Shown: piece after piece, positions 38,196-46,977 of the stretch
Layout of the letters: each line of letters begins with the position of its first letter
Position numbering within the stretch: the first letter of the stretch is position 1
Source of the DNA: Gemmatimonadota bacterium
Lineage (GTDB): Bacteria; Gemmatimonadota; Gemmatimonadetes; Gemmatimonadales; Gemmatimonadaceae
Direction: 5' to 3'
DNA length: 64,000 bases
NCBI GenBank assembly: GCA_052389935.1
Contig: JBQTHK010000032.1
Location: forward strand, 48,084 to 112,083
Notes under the pieces: model-generated
Seen by the model: the letters and a program-made list of their open reading frames with translations, nothing else
Database searches by the model: none
What the model was told of the DNA's origin: nothing
Position numbers and translations under genes: made by a program

Positions 38196-38627
38196 TCAGC
38201 CGTCGGCGTGAAGTCTGACACCTGCTGGAGGTCGCGACGCCTGGGCAGCCTCTCCCATTCGTACGCCACCGTTGATCGACGCGCCTTCGTGGACGACGAT
38301 GCTTCGCGTATGGATGTCTCCATCGACCGATGCAGTGCCCTGGATTTCCACGCGTTCCTGGGCCACGACCATTCCCACGACACGGCCCGCGATTATGGCG
38401 TCGGCCGCATGGACATCACCATGAATGACTCCCGATCGACCAAGGAGAAGCTGACGAGCACCGCGGACAGTTCCTTCGACGACTCCCTCGATCTTGATCG
38501 TCCCATTGCTGTCCACATCCCCGACTATCCGCATGCCATTTCCTATCACAGACATGGCGGCATCGGCGGCGGTGGGTTCGCTGCCAGCGACGGAGCGGTC
38601 TGGTCCCGGCTTGTTGAAGATGGCCAT
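38196..38627 (-). CDS. bactofilin family cytoskeletal protein
   Basis: MAIFNKPG... followed by repetitive beta-helix repeats (IVGDVDSNGTIKIEGVVEGTVRGARQLLLGRSGVIHGDVHAADAIIAGRVVG...). The ATG at 38627 is preferred to the track start at 38846, which would run through parB. Confidence 0.8.
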   Translation of the reverse strand: MAIFNKPGPDRSVAGSEPTAADAAMSVIGNGMRIVGDVDSNGTIKIEGVVEGTVRGARQLLLGRSGVIHGDVHAADAIIAGRVVGMVVAQERVEIQGTASVDGDIHTRSIVVHEGASINGGVRMGEAAQASRPPAGVRLHADG

Positions 38628-38640
38628 CTGGTGTCCCGTG

Positions 38641-39570
38641 TCAGGCGTGATCAGCCGAATGACCGATGATGAGCTCCACGAGTCGCTGAAGATCGTCGGC
38701 GGAGTAGAAGTTAAGAGTAACAGTACCTGCGTCGCCGGAGGATAGTGCGATGCGTACGTCGGTCTGGAGTCGTCGGCGGAGAATTTCGGTAAGGCGACGT
38801 ACTTCCGGATCCTGAGGCGGCAGTGATCGCCTCGTGTCAGCGGCATCCGTGCGCTGCGCGCGCGGAGCCGTCGCGACGCCTGTTCTCGCTTCGTGGGCGA
38901 TTCGCTCGACGTCGCGGACGGTCAGGTGCTCATCGATGACGCGGCGCGCAGTTTCGATGATGGCCCGCTCGTCGGGGAGCGCGAGAAGAGCTCGCGCGTG
39001 GCCAAATGAAAGACGGCCGTCACGAACAAGTCGCTGGACGGCCTCGGGCAGTGTGAGCAGCCGGAGAAGATTGGCGACGGTGGAGCGGTCCTTTCCGACC
39101 GCAGTCGCCACGTCCTGCTGGCTCAGATGAAACTCGTCCTGGAGGCGGCGATAGCCGGCCGCTTCGTCGAGTGGGTTGAGGTCCGCGCGCTGGAGGTTTT
39201 CGACGAGCGCCATGACCAGCATCGACTGGTCGTCGAACTCGCGGACGGTCGCGGGAATCGTGGTCCATCCGAGGCGTGCAGCGGCGCGAAGGCGGCGTTC
39301 CCCTGCAACGAGCTGGTAGGTTCCAGTGGCCGTGGTGCGGACAGTAACGGGCTGCAGCAGGCCGTTAGTGCGGAGACTGTTCTCGAGGGCGGCGAGCTCG
39401 GTGGGGTCGAATTCGCGCCGCGGCTGGAAGGGGTTGGGTGCGATTCGTGAGATGTAGAGCTCCAGTGGAGGAGCGGGTGCGGTAGTGGCGGTCTCGTCCA
39501 GGCCAGGGCGTGCTGCGGACATGAGAGCTTCCAGGCCACGCCCGAGTCGCCGCGGTTTGTCGGCAGACAT
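38641..39570 (-). CDS. parB: chromosome partitioning protein ParB
   Basis: MSADKPRRLGRGLEALM, NPFQPRREFD, LLQPVTVR, and the HTH region. Confidence 0.92.
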   Translation of the reverse strand: MSADKPRRLGRGLEALMSAARPGLDETATTAPAPPLELYISRIAPNPFQPRREFDPTELAALENSLRTNGLLQPVTVRTTATGTYQLVAGERRLRAAARLGWTTIPATVREFDDQSMLVMALVENLQRADLNPLDEAAGYRRLQDEFHLSQQDVATAVGKDRSTVANLLRLLTLPEAVQRLVRDGRLSFGHARALLALPDERAIIETARRVIDEHLTVRDVERIAHEARTGVATAPRAQRTDAADTRRSLPPQDPEVRRLTEILRRRLQTDVRIALSSGDAGTVTLNFYSADDLQRLVELIIGHSADHA

Positions 39571-39598
39571 CAGGTGGTTCCCCACTGAAACATACGTT

Positions 39599-40363
39599 TC
39601 ACAGCAGCACCATAAGTTCTTTTGTCGCTGCAGCATAGGCTGCAGCACCAACGGAGGAAACGTCGTAAGATAACAACGGTTTGCCGAAGCTTGGGGCTTC
39701 AGCAACTCTGACGTTTCTAGGGATTACGGTTTCCAGGACCTTGTCGCGATAGAATGTTCGAGCCTCGGTGGCCACCTGTCGGGAGAGGTTGAGACGTCCG
39801 TCGAACATGGTCAGCAGAACGCCGTCGAGCTTGAGGTCCCGATTCAGGGAGCGCTGAACGAGGGCGACCGTCTTCATCAAGTGAGTGATCCCTTCGAGCG
39901 CGAAGTACTCACACTGAAGCGGTATCAGCAGGCCGTCCGCAGCCGTGAGCATGTTCAGGGTGATGAGGCCGAGCGAGGGTGGGCAGTCGATGAGGATCAG
40001 ATCGTAGGCTTCGCGCAGTGGTGTGAGCGCGTCTCGCATGGCGTACTCGCGTCTGGGCAGGTCAACGAGCTCGATCTCGGCACCAGCGAGGTCGGGAGTG
40101 GCCGGCAAAACGTCGAGGTTACGGTACTGCACCTCGTGGACTATGGCGCTGGTTGGGGGCGCGAGCTTAAGGAGGACGTCGTAGACGGTGGGTCCGAGCC
40201 GGTCCGCGGGGATCCCAACGGCGCTCGTCGCGTTCCCTTGGGGGTCGCCGTCGACGAGGAGGACTTTTCGTTCGGCCACAGCCATACTGGCCGCGACGTT
40301 GACCGCCGTTGTGGTCTTCCCTACTCCGCCCTTTTGGTTGGCGACTGCGATTATTCGAGCCAA
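39599..40363 (-). CDS. parA: chromosome partitioning ATPase ParA/Soj
   Basis: Deviant Walker A in IIAVANQKGGVGKTTTAVN, plus VLLVDGDPQGNAT. TTG start. Confidence 0.93.
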   Translation of the reverse strand: MARIIAVANQKGGVGKTTTAVNVAASMAVAERKVLLVDGDPQGNATSAVGIPADRLGPTVYDVLLKLAPPTSAIVHEVQYRNLDVLPATPDLAGAEIELVDLPRREYAMRDALTPLREAYDLILIDCPPSLGLITLNMLTAADGLLIPLQCEYFALEGITHLMKTVALVQRSLNRDLKLDGVLLTMFDGRLNLSRQVATEARTFYRDKVLETVIPRNVRVAEAPSFGKPLLSYDVSSVGAAAYAAATKELMVLL

Positions 40364-40424
40364 GTATCCGACAGCTGGTGACGGCGCGAATATAGGGCCG
40401 CCGAGTGTTGGCGGCTACGGTAAT

Positions 40425-40440
40425 TGTTCCACGTGGAACG
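40425..40440. promoter_or_regulatory. parS centromere-like site TGTTCCACGTGGAACG
   Basis: 14/16 match to TGTTNCACGTGAAACA. The core GTTCCACGTGGAAC (40426-40439) is a perfect 14-bp palindrome. It lies 62 bp upstream of the parA start codon. Confidence 0.7.
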
Positions 40441-40972
40441 GGTTCTGGAGGTCGTGAATGCTGGCGATTTTGGCTGTTTGGCGATAATCACGGTACTGGG
40501 ACAATGTGACGGCGGTACTCGCAGATTCTGACAGCGCAAGCGACTCTCGTGGTGCTGACGGACCTGGCCGTCTCGCAAAGGAAGGGAGGTTCGGGTCATC
40601 CGAATGCTTATCCAGAAGATCGACGCCCGGGGAATCTTCCAGGTGTTCGCCAGGAATCCCGGGGAAGTCGAAGGCATGGAGCTCGAACTCTCACGGTTGC
40701 GCGAGAGGAGAGTTTGGCTGACCTGGACCCACTCGTTCCGCACTGAATCGTTCAGGTCCGAGCGATTCACTGGCCCGGCTTGGGCGGTTTTCGACAAAGT
40801 GGTCTCGGGTCGTTGTTTCGCCATTGCCAGACCTCTGGGTTGCTTCGGTAGCGATGGGCCTTCAACAACGCCTCAAGAGATGCGCCGGCCCAGATCGCGG
40901 CCATAGCTCGGTAGCGTCATTAACACGCCATTAAGCAGCCATTATAAGCGCACTAATTGGAATATACGCACA

Positions 40973-43087
40973 TCAAGGCGCCTGATAGCGGCCATGATTG
41001 CGCCACGACAGAAGTGCAGAGTCAATCGAGACAGGCCACAAAGCAGGACTGATCCCCTCCTCGGAAGAACTGGGCTTGAGGAGAAAGACCCGTCGGCCAC
41101 GGTTCGCATCGAGAAGAAGCGTATCCCGCGCGTGGAGATCCCTGGCAAACCGGTTGCTCCCCCAATCCACAGCGAGCAGCGGGGCGAAAAGCGTGAACCC
41201 TGACCGGTCTTCCGCCACTCTCGCAAGACAAACTTCCGAATACCTGGCCCCGGTAAGGTGTCGTTGCGACCTGTCGGGCGACAACGGACTTGGCACAAGC
41301 AGCGCCGAGTCCCCCTGCTCCGCTGCAATCGCGAGTTGGGCCTCAGTCGGACCGGCACCGCGCATTTCCAGCCGGGTAATCGTCTCCTCAAGCTCGCAGG
41401 CATCGACGGTGCGATAGGCCGCCTCGACGAACTGGCGGCTCAACCCCAGCGCCCACATCCGGGCGATGAGCTGTGACCCCCAGCTCTCGCGAACGAGAAT
41501 CAGCGCGTCGTCGATTCCCTGCTCCGCTGCCCTCGCAGTTACATCGTGGCGCATTGACTTGAGCCCACTCGCGTATTGTCGCCAGCGTCCCGGTACGGCC
41601 GCCACGCCCGCAATCACAAGGCTCACCACCAGGAGAGACGAGGCAAAACGGGCCGCGTCCCTGCCCCTCTCCCTTCCTCTCTCCCTCTCCTTCATCAGTC
41701 CCATCCCCGCCCCGGTCACGCTGTCAGTTCCTCCAATCGATCCTCCGCCCCACCGAGCCCTCACAGCCGGCACCAGTCGCGCTGTCCAAAGTGCAAATGC
41801 AGGGAGGAGGAGATACACGAAGCGGGGTCCCAGATAAAACCCGTCGTGCCAATACGCGAAATACAAGCCACACAGCATCACCATTCCGCCGGCCAGAAAC
41901 CGGTCGAGGCTGTTGAGCCGACGAGTGAACCAGAGTCCCGCTGCCGGAAAGACCAGTGACGGCACAGGCGTTTCGAAAAGGTAGGTCTGGAGACGCAGGA
42001 AGTAGACATTGAGCAGCTCGAGCCCGTGGACCGGTGTGTGGAGCTGCCCCCAAGGTGACCGATGAAACCCGAGGCCATGCTCCTTTCCCCACTGAAGCTC
42101 ATAGGCAAAGAGGAACACATCTCCGGTTGTGGCGCGGTTGTACAGGAGTAGCCCTGCGACCGGCACCACCAGTCCGAGCGCGGCGCCGGCCGGCATCCGG
42201 AGGTCACGACGACGGACGGCGAGAATTACAAGCCAGATGGCGGCGGGCACTGCCCAGGCAAGGCCGTCGACAGGCCTGACCAGAGCAAGCAAACCCAGCC
42301 CAAAGCCGCACAACATCGCAGGGAGGAATGGTGCCCCCCGCGAGCGGTGACAGCATGACAAACCAGACAGCGCCACCATCATCAGGAAGAGGCTGCCCAC
42401 ATGGTTCATGTGAGAGCCTGACATGAAAAGAGTGAAGGGCGCAAATGCCATGAGCATCGCCGCCGAAAGAGCAACAGCCGGTGTCTCATGGCGACGCGCA
42501 ACGAACCACATCAGGACAGCCGACGTCGCGCCCAGAACGGGGTTGATCAGCCATGGGACGCCCGCAAGCACGCCGGGCACGAGTAGCAGCGGCCCCCCCG
42601 GCGGAAACTGCGAAAAACGCCCAGCGCCGCTATCGACGAGGTGAAGCAGGCTTGTGAACTCTGGATGGAGCGGCGGCGGAGCAACCACGCGTCCTTCGGC
42701 AAACACCCGAGCCTGGAACAGCTGGGCTATTTCGTCGAGATGAAGGGCGTCGCGGCTGAACACCACAACGGCCACCACGCTGTACGCAGCCAGCGCCAGA
42801 CTCCAGATGACAACCGCAGCAACCCGCGGGTGGGCATCGGCCGCCGCCACCAGCCTCCTGCCGACAGTCAGCTCCCAATCGATGCGGCGCGAGATAATGA
42901 GAAAAACAAGGGCCGCGCCGACCGCGATCGAGCTGCCGCTGGCCCACTCTGACAACCTGAGATCAAACCAGGGCGCGGACACTCCGCCTGGGATCCAGTT
43001 GACGAACGGGACGAAGCCCAGAATCAGGAACGCCGCGACAAAAAGGCGCGTGCCAGCGGTCTCCAGGGTACTCGACTCGTCAGGCAA
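40973..43087 (-). CDS. polytopic membrane protein, GT-C/ArnT-PMT-like glycosyltransferase fold suspected, with C-terminal soluble domain
   Basis: 704 aa with more than 10 predicted TM helices. There is an acidic motif in the first loop (LHLDEIAQLF). TTG start. The family call is an inference from architecture only. Confidence 0.5.
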   Translation of the reverse strand: MPDESSTLETAGTRLFVAAFLILGFVPFVNWIPGGVSAPWFDLRLSEWASGSSIAVGAALVFLIISRRIDWELTVGRRLVAAADAHPRVAAVVIWSLALAAYSVVAVVVFSRDALHLDEIAQLFQARVFAEGRVVAPPPLHPEFTSLLHLVDSGAGRFSQFPPGGPLLLVPGVLAGVPWLINPVLGATSAVLMWFVARRHETPAVALSAAMLMAFAPFTLFMSGSHMNHVGSLFLMMVALSGLSCCHRSRGAPFLPAMLCGFGLGLLALVRPVDGLAWAVPAAIWLVILAVRRRDLRMPAGAALGLVVPVAGLLLYNRATTGDVFLFAYELQWGKEHGLGFHRSPWGQLHTPVHGLELLNVYFLRLQTYLFETPVPSLVFPAAGLWFTRRLNSLDRFLAGGMVMLCGLYFAYWHDGFYLGPRFVYLLLPAFALWTARLVPAVRARWGGGSIGGTDSVTGAGMGLMKERERGRERGRDAARFASSLLVVSLVIAGVAAVPGRWRQYASGLKSMRHDVTARAAEQGIDDALILVRESWGSQLIARMWALGLSRQFVEAAYRTVDACELEETITRLEMRGAGPTEAQLAIAAEQGDSALLVPSPLSPDRSQRHLTGARYSEVCLARVAEDRSGFTLFAPLLAVDWGSNRFARDLHARDTLLLDANRGRRVFLLKPSSSEEGISPALWPVSIDSALLSWRNHGRYQAP

Positions 43088-43183
43088 GGGTCACCGGCCA
43101 ACAGTTATCTGGAGGGGGTGCAAACGGCGAACAGGGGGACCAACGCGACCGGGGCCTCCGCGCGATCAAGCTCTGCGTAGAGA

Positions 43184-45100
43184 CTACTCTTGCGGCCCCG
43201 CTGCAACGCGGCGTCGCCGCTCGACTTCAATAATCAGGTTCTGAAGGTCCGACGGTCCGAGCCCTGGGATGGCCGCAGCCTCGGCGACTGTGAGGGGTCG
43301 CCGCGCGGAAAGCTTTTCGCGGGCCTCGTGCGAAAGGGACCGCATTGATCCGTAGTCGAGCACACCTTCGAGGGGAAACTCACCCATCTGACGGAGCTTG
43401 TCGGCAGCGAGTCGCTCGCGCTCGAAGTACCCCGCATACTTGAGCTCGAGGTCGGCCGTAGCCACAGCATCGCGAGAGAGGTGCAGGCCAACGCCAGTCG
43501 CTCGGAGAAGGGCTTCCAGCGGAACATCATTGCGACGCGCAAGTTCAGCGATGCGCATGGGTTGGGTCACCAGGCTCGATCCGACGGAAGTGAGGACGGG
43601 GTTCGCCGCCTCGGGCTCGATCGATCGCGATCGCGACAGGGTAAGTGCCTCTTTTTCGGCTCCTAATCGGCTTTCGACGAGCTCCCGTTCGACGTCGCTC
43701 AGGAGACCAAGCTCCACTGCCAGCGGACTGAGCCGGCCATGGGCGTTGTCCTGCCTGACTGTCAGCCTGAACTCCGAGCGTGAGGTGAAAACGCGGTACG
43801 GCTCATCGACGCCGCGCGTCACCAGGTCGTCGACGAGAACGCCGATGTAGGAAGTCTCGCGACCGAGCCTGACAGGGGCCCGACCGAGCGCAGCATGGGC
43901 GGCGTTGAGACCGGCAAGTGCGCCCTGGGCTGCTGCCTCCTCATAGCCCGTGGTGCCGTTGATCTGACCAGCGAAATAGAGACCGTCGAAGGCCCTGACC
44001 CCGAGCGAAGAGTCGAGCTGAGTGGGCTGAAAGAAGTCGTATTCGATCGCGTACCCGGCGCGAGTCATTCGCACGTTTTCGAGCCCACGAACGGTTCTCA
44101 AAACGTCGAGCTGAACCGAAGCTGGCAGGGAAGTCGACAGGCCGTTGACATAGAGTTCCGAGGTGCCGTGACCTTCAGGTTCGAGGAACAGCTGGTGCCG
44201 CGTGGCGTTCACGAACTTGACGACCTTGTCTTCGACGGAAGGGCAGTACCGGGGGCCTCGCGAGCCAATCGCGCCTCCATACATGGCGGATCGTTTCAGG
44301 TTGTCCTGGATGATGTCTTTTCCCGGGGTTTCGAGAAAAGTGATCCAGCACGGCAGCTGCGAAGGGTGGCGAATGGCGCCTTGATGGCGCCTTGATGTCT
44401 CCCAGAAGGCGGACCAAGAGTAATCGAAGTCATCTATCTCGGAAATCTGGCGTTCCAGCAAATCGAAACGCACAGACCGGCCATCGATACGCGGCGGAGT
44501 TCCGGTCTTGAAACGTCCGACCTCCAGGCCCGCTCCCTCGAGCTGTTCAGCGAGCTCAACCGTTGGCCTCTCACCGGCTCGACCGGCTGCGATCCGTCGA
44601 TCGGTTCCGATGTGAATGCGGCCGCGCAGAAAGGTCCCCGTAGTGACGACCACACAGCGCGCCTCGAACGACCGACCCTCTATGGTCTTCACGCCCCTAA
44701 CATGCCGGCCGTCAAGGATGAGGGCACTGACAGTGGCCTGAACGGTGTGAATGGCGCTATGCTGCTCAATCAGAGTCCTTATAGAGGCTCGATAAGCAGC
44801 TCGATCACACTGCGATCGCGGGGCCCAGACAGCCGGACCCTTGCTGCGGTTGAGCATCCGGAACTGGATCGAGGACAGGTCGGTCGCGCGAGCCATGACC
44901 CCACCCAGGGCGTCAACCTCGCGCACAAGGGTACTCTTGGCGATCCCCCCAATGGCTGGGTTGCAAGACATCTGTCCGATGCTCTCGAGCGCCGTAGTCA
45001 AGAGGCCAACCGTGGCACCGGCGCGTGCGGCGAGAATGGCCGCTTCGACACCGGCGTGACCGGCGCCAATTACGATTACATCGAAATCGGCCTCGCGCAT
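43184..45100 (-). CDS. mnmG: tRNA uridine 5-carboxymethylaminomethyl modification enzyme MnmG (GidA)
   Basis: DVIVIGAGHAGVEAA FAD motif. 638 aa with GidA signatures throughout. Confidence 0.95.
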   Translation of the reverse strand: MREADFDVIVIGAGHAGVEAAILAARAGATVGLLTTALESIGQMSCNPAIGGIAKSTLVREVDALGGVMARATDLSSIQFRMLNRSKGPAVWAPRSQCDRAAYRASIRTLIEQHSAIHTVQATVSALILDGRHVRGVKTIEGRSFEARCVVVTTGTFLRGRIHIGTDRRIAAGRAGERPTVELAEQLEGAGLEVGRFKTGTPPRIDGRSVRFDLLERQISEIDDFDYSWSAFWETSRRHQGAIRHPSQLPCWITFLETPGKDIIQDNLKRSAMYGGAIGSRGPRYCPSVEDKVVKFVNATRHQLFLEPEGHGTSELYVNGLSTSLPASVQLDVLRTVRGLENVRMTRAGYAIEYDFFQPTQLDSSLGVRAFDGLYFAGQINGTTGYEEAAAQGALAGLNAAHAALGRAPVRLGRETSYIGVLVDDLVTRGVDEPYRVFTSRSEFRLTVRQDNAHGRLSPLAVELGLLSDVERELVESRLGAEKEALTLSRSRSIEPEAANPVLTSVGSSLVTQPMRIAELARRNDVPLEALLRATGVGLHLSRDAVATADLELKYAGYFERERLAADKLRQMGEFPLEGVLDYGSMRSLSHEAREKLSARRPLTVAEAAAIPGLGPSDLQNLIIEVERRRRVAAGPQE

Positions 45101-45185
45101 CCTCGAAAGCTAAGACTTTAGCGTCCTCTGGGTACTCAGGCGAGTCCCGCGCGTGTCAGCCCCCCAACCGGGAATCATCCAGGTC

Positions 45186-45503
45186 ATGCCAATTCGGATT
45201 CAGCAGGGAAGTCCATCTGTTCTCATTCGTCGTGACAGATTTGAACGAACGCAGCTCAGTCGCACGGATCTCGATCGACTCCTCAACCTCACTCCGGAAG
45301 AATTCGCGGTAGAGGGAGAATTGATCAGCGTGGGCCCGATCGTTGACGCCGAGGGTATCGAGGTGATCGTCCGGGAGCTCGAAGGAGCGGGGCTCGTTTA
45401 CTTCGAGGACTTCTTTGACCTGAGTGGAAACTGGCCAGACTGGCTTCAGCTGTTCGCGATGTCGCGTCGCGCAAAAGAAGCCGATGTGTCCTCGGATCGG
45501 TGA
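45186..45503 (+). CDS. hypothetical small protein (lower-GC gene)
   Basis: ORF with visibly lower GC3 than its neighbours and no recognised motif. The start is either ATG 45186 or GTG 45153. Confidence 0.4.
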   Translation: MPIRIQQGSPSVLIRRDRFERTQLSRTDLDRLLNLTPEEFAVEGELISVGPIVDAEGIEVIVRELEGAGLVYFEDFFDLSGNWPDWLQLFAMSRRAKEADVSSDR

Positions 45504-45510
45504 TTGACGC

Positions 45511-45807
45511 TCAGTGCCTGCGGAGGTCTGCGCGCTCCCGTTCGGTTGATTCGCGCTGAGATTGGTCGGTCTGTTCGTCGTCGCCCCGCCTAAGCAGACC
45601 GATCCAGCCGCAGTGAAGGCACCAGCGCTTGCGGAAGAGCGGGCAGATGTGGTCCCAGAGAACAGAAGCAACGCGGGCCGTTTTCGCGTCACAGTTGAGG
45701 CAGCGGTCACCGCGTGGAAGCAGCGCTGCGAAGACAACCGTTGCCGCGATGATGCGCAGGACGAACAGTCCGCCGAAGACAAGACCAAAAATGACTGCAT
45801 CCGACAC
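45511..45807 (-). CDS. hypothetical small membrane protein with CxxC...CxxC zinc-ribbon-like motif
   Basis: N-terminal TM helix (VIFGLVFGGLFVLRIIAATVVFAALL) followed by CLNC...CLHC and an acidic/basic tail. Confidence 0.45.
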   Translation of the reverse strand: MSDAVIFGLVFGGLFVLRIIAATVVFAALLPRGDRCLNCDAKTARVASVLWDHICPLFRKRWCLHCGWIGLLRRGDDEQTDQSQRESTERERADLRRH

Positions 45808-45864
45808 AGGACCCTCCGATTCAGGGAGGAATCAAGTCTGAATCTCAACGAACCACTTCGTCGC

Positions 45865-46869
45865 CTAACTATCTACTGCGCCTCGCTGCAGCTCCAGATG
45901 GAGGAACTCGATCGCGCGTCTTTCGCTCCACGATGACACCGCCCAGGGATGGGCACCCTCGATAAAAGCGGCATGACCACCGCGATCCACGAATTCACAA
46001 TGGAGCAATGGGTTCTCCGACGCAACACGTTCAACTACGTCGAGAAGCCCGGGAGGGTAGAACGGATCGTCCCGCGAACTCAACAGGAGCGTGGGCACAC
46101 CGATCGCCGGCAGGAACTGGAGCGAGCTCGAGCGGCGGTAGTAGTCGGCGGCATCGGCGAATCCGTGGACGACGCTTGTCCACGCATCGTCGAACTCCCT
46201 GAGCGTCCGAGCCCGGAGAACGCGAGCGCGATCAGCCATCCCGGGGTGACGATCAAGCTTGGCGAGTGCCTTCCGACGGAGGCCACGCAGGAAATTGATG
46301 GAGTAGATGCGTGAAAACCCTGTATCGATCTTCGCGCAGCAGCGATCGAGATCGAAAGGCACAGAGATCGCACATGCCGCCGCCACACGACCTCTGCCGC
46401 GCGCGTCCGGCTCTCCCAGCCACTTGAGCATGACGTTGCCGCCGAGGGACACACCAGCCAGAACCAGAGGGGCGTGTGGAAGCTCTTCGGACAAACGTTG
46501 AGCCACGAACGCGAGATCCGTGGTTTCGCCGCTGTGGTATGACCGCGGTTGCCGGTTCATTTCCTCACCACACGTCCGGAACAGGAGCAGGTTCGCGTGC
46601 CAGCCGCGACTCCAGGCATGCGACAGGATCCCAGCCACGTAGGCCGACTCCGCCGATCCTTCGAGGCCGTGAAGGAGGAGCAATGCGGGTGAGGAGGGGG
46701 AACTGCCGGGCAGTCTCAACAGCTCCAGGAAATCATCGTCAGGAGTTGCCCAGCGCTCGCGGGTCCACGGGAGGTCCGCAGGTCGCCTGAACAATCTCCT
46801 CCAGATGGTCTGGAGGTGAGCGCTCGGCAGCCAGACTGCGGGCGAGTAGGGAGGTGACGTGTCGATCAG
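45865..46869 (-). CDS. alpha/beta hydrolase, YheT-like (start uncertain; CTG 46869 proposed)
   Basis: AHLQTIWRRLFRR near the N-terminus, LLLLHGLEGSAES, and nucleophile elbow GVSLGGN. The track start at 47064 would overlap the divergent arsC-like gene. Confidence 0.75.
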   Translation of the reverse strand: MIDTSPPYSPAVWLPSAHLQTIWRRLFRRPADLPWTRERWATPDDDFLELLRLPGSSPSSPALLLLHGLEGSAESAYVAGILSHAWSRGWHANLLLFRTCGEEMNRQPRSYHSGETTDLAFVAQRLSEELPHAPLVLAGVSLGGNVMLKWLGEPDARGRGRVAAACAISVPFDLDRCCAKIDTGFSRIYSINFLRGLRRKALAKLDRHPGMADRARVLRARTLREFDDAWTSVVHGFADAADYYRRSSSLQFLPAIGVPTLLLSSRDDPFYPPGLLDVVERVASENPLLHCEFVDRGGHAAFIEGAHPWAVSSWSERRAIEFLHLELQRGAVDS

Positions 46870-46977
46870 CGGCGTCGAAAGTGACAGGGCCGAAGATGGC
46901 GAAGGCCCCGGGCAGGATCCAACCCGCGCTGGGCGCCCATGCAGGCGATTATGATGCTGCCTCCACGGCTCATCTTC

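Noticed and set aside
40351-40824. 157-aa minus-strand ORF in the parA upstream gap
   Set aside because: It reads through the parS palindrome and the parA promoter region and overlaps the parA start. It is Ser/Arg/Thr-rich with no motif. It is kept only as part of the unassigned-region finding.
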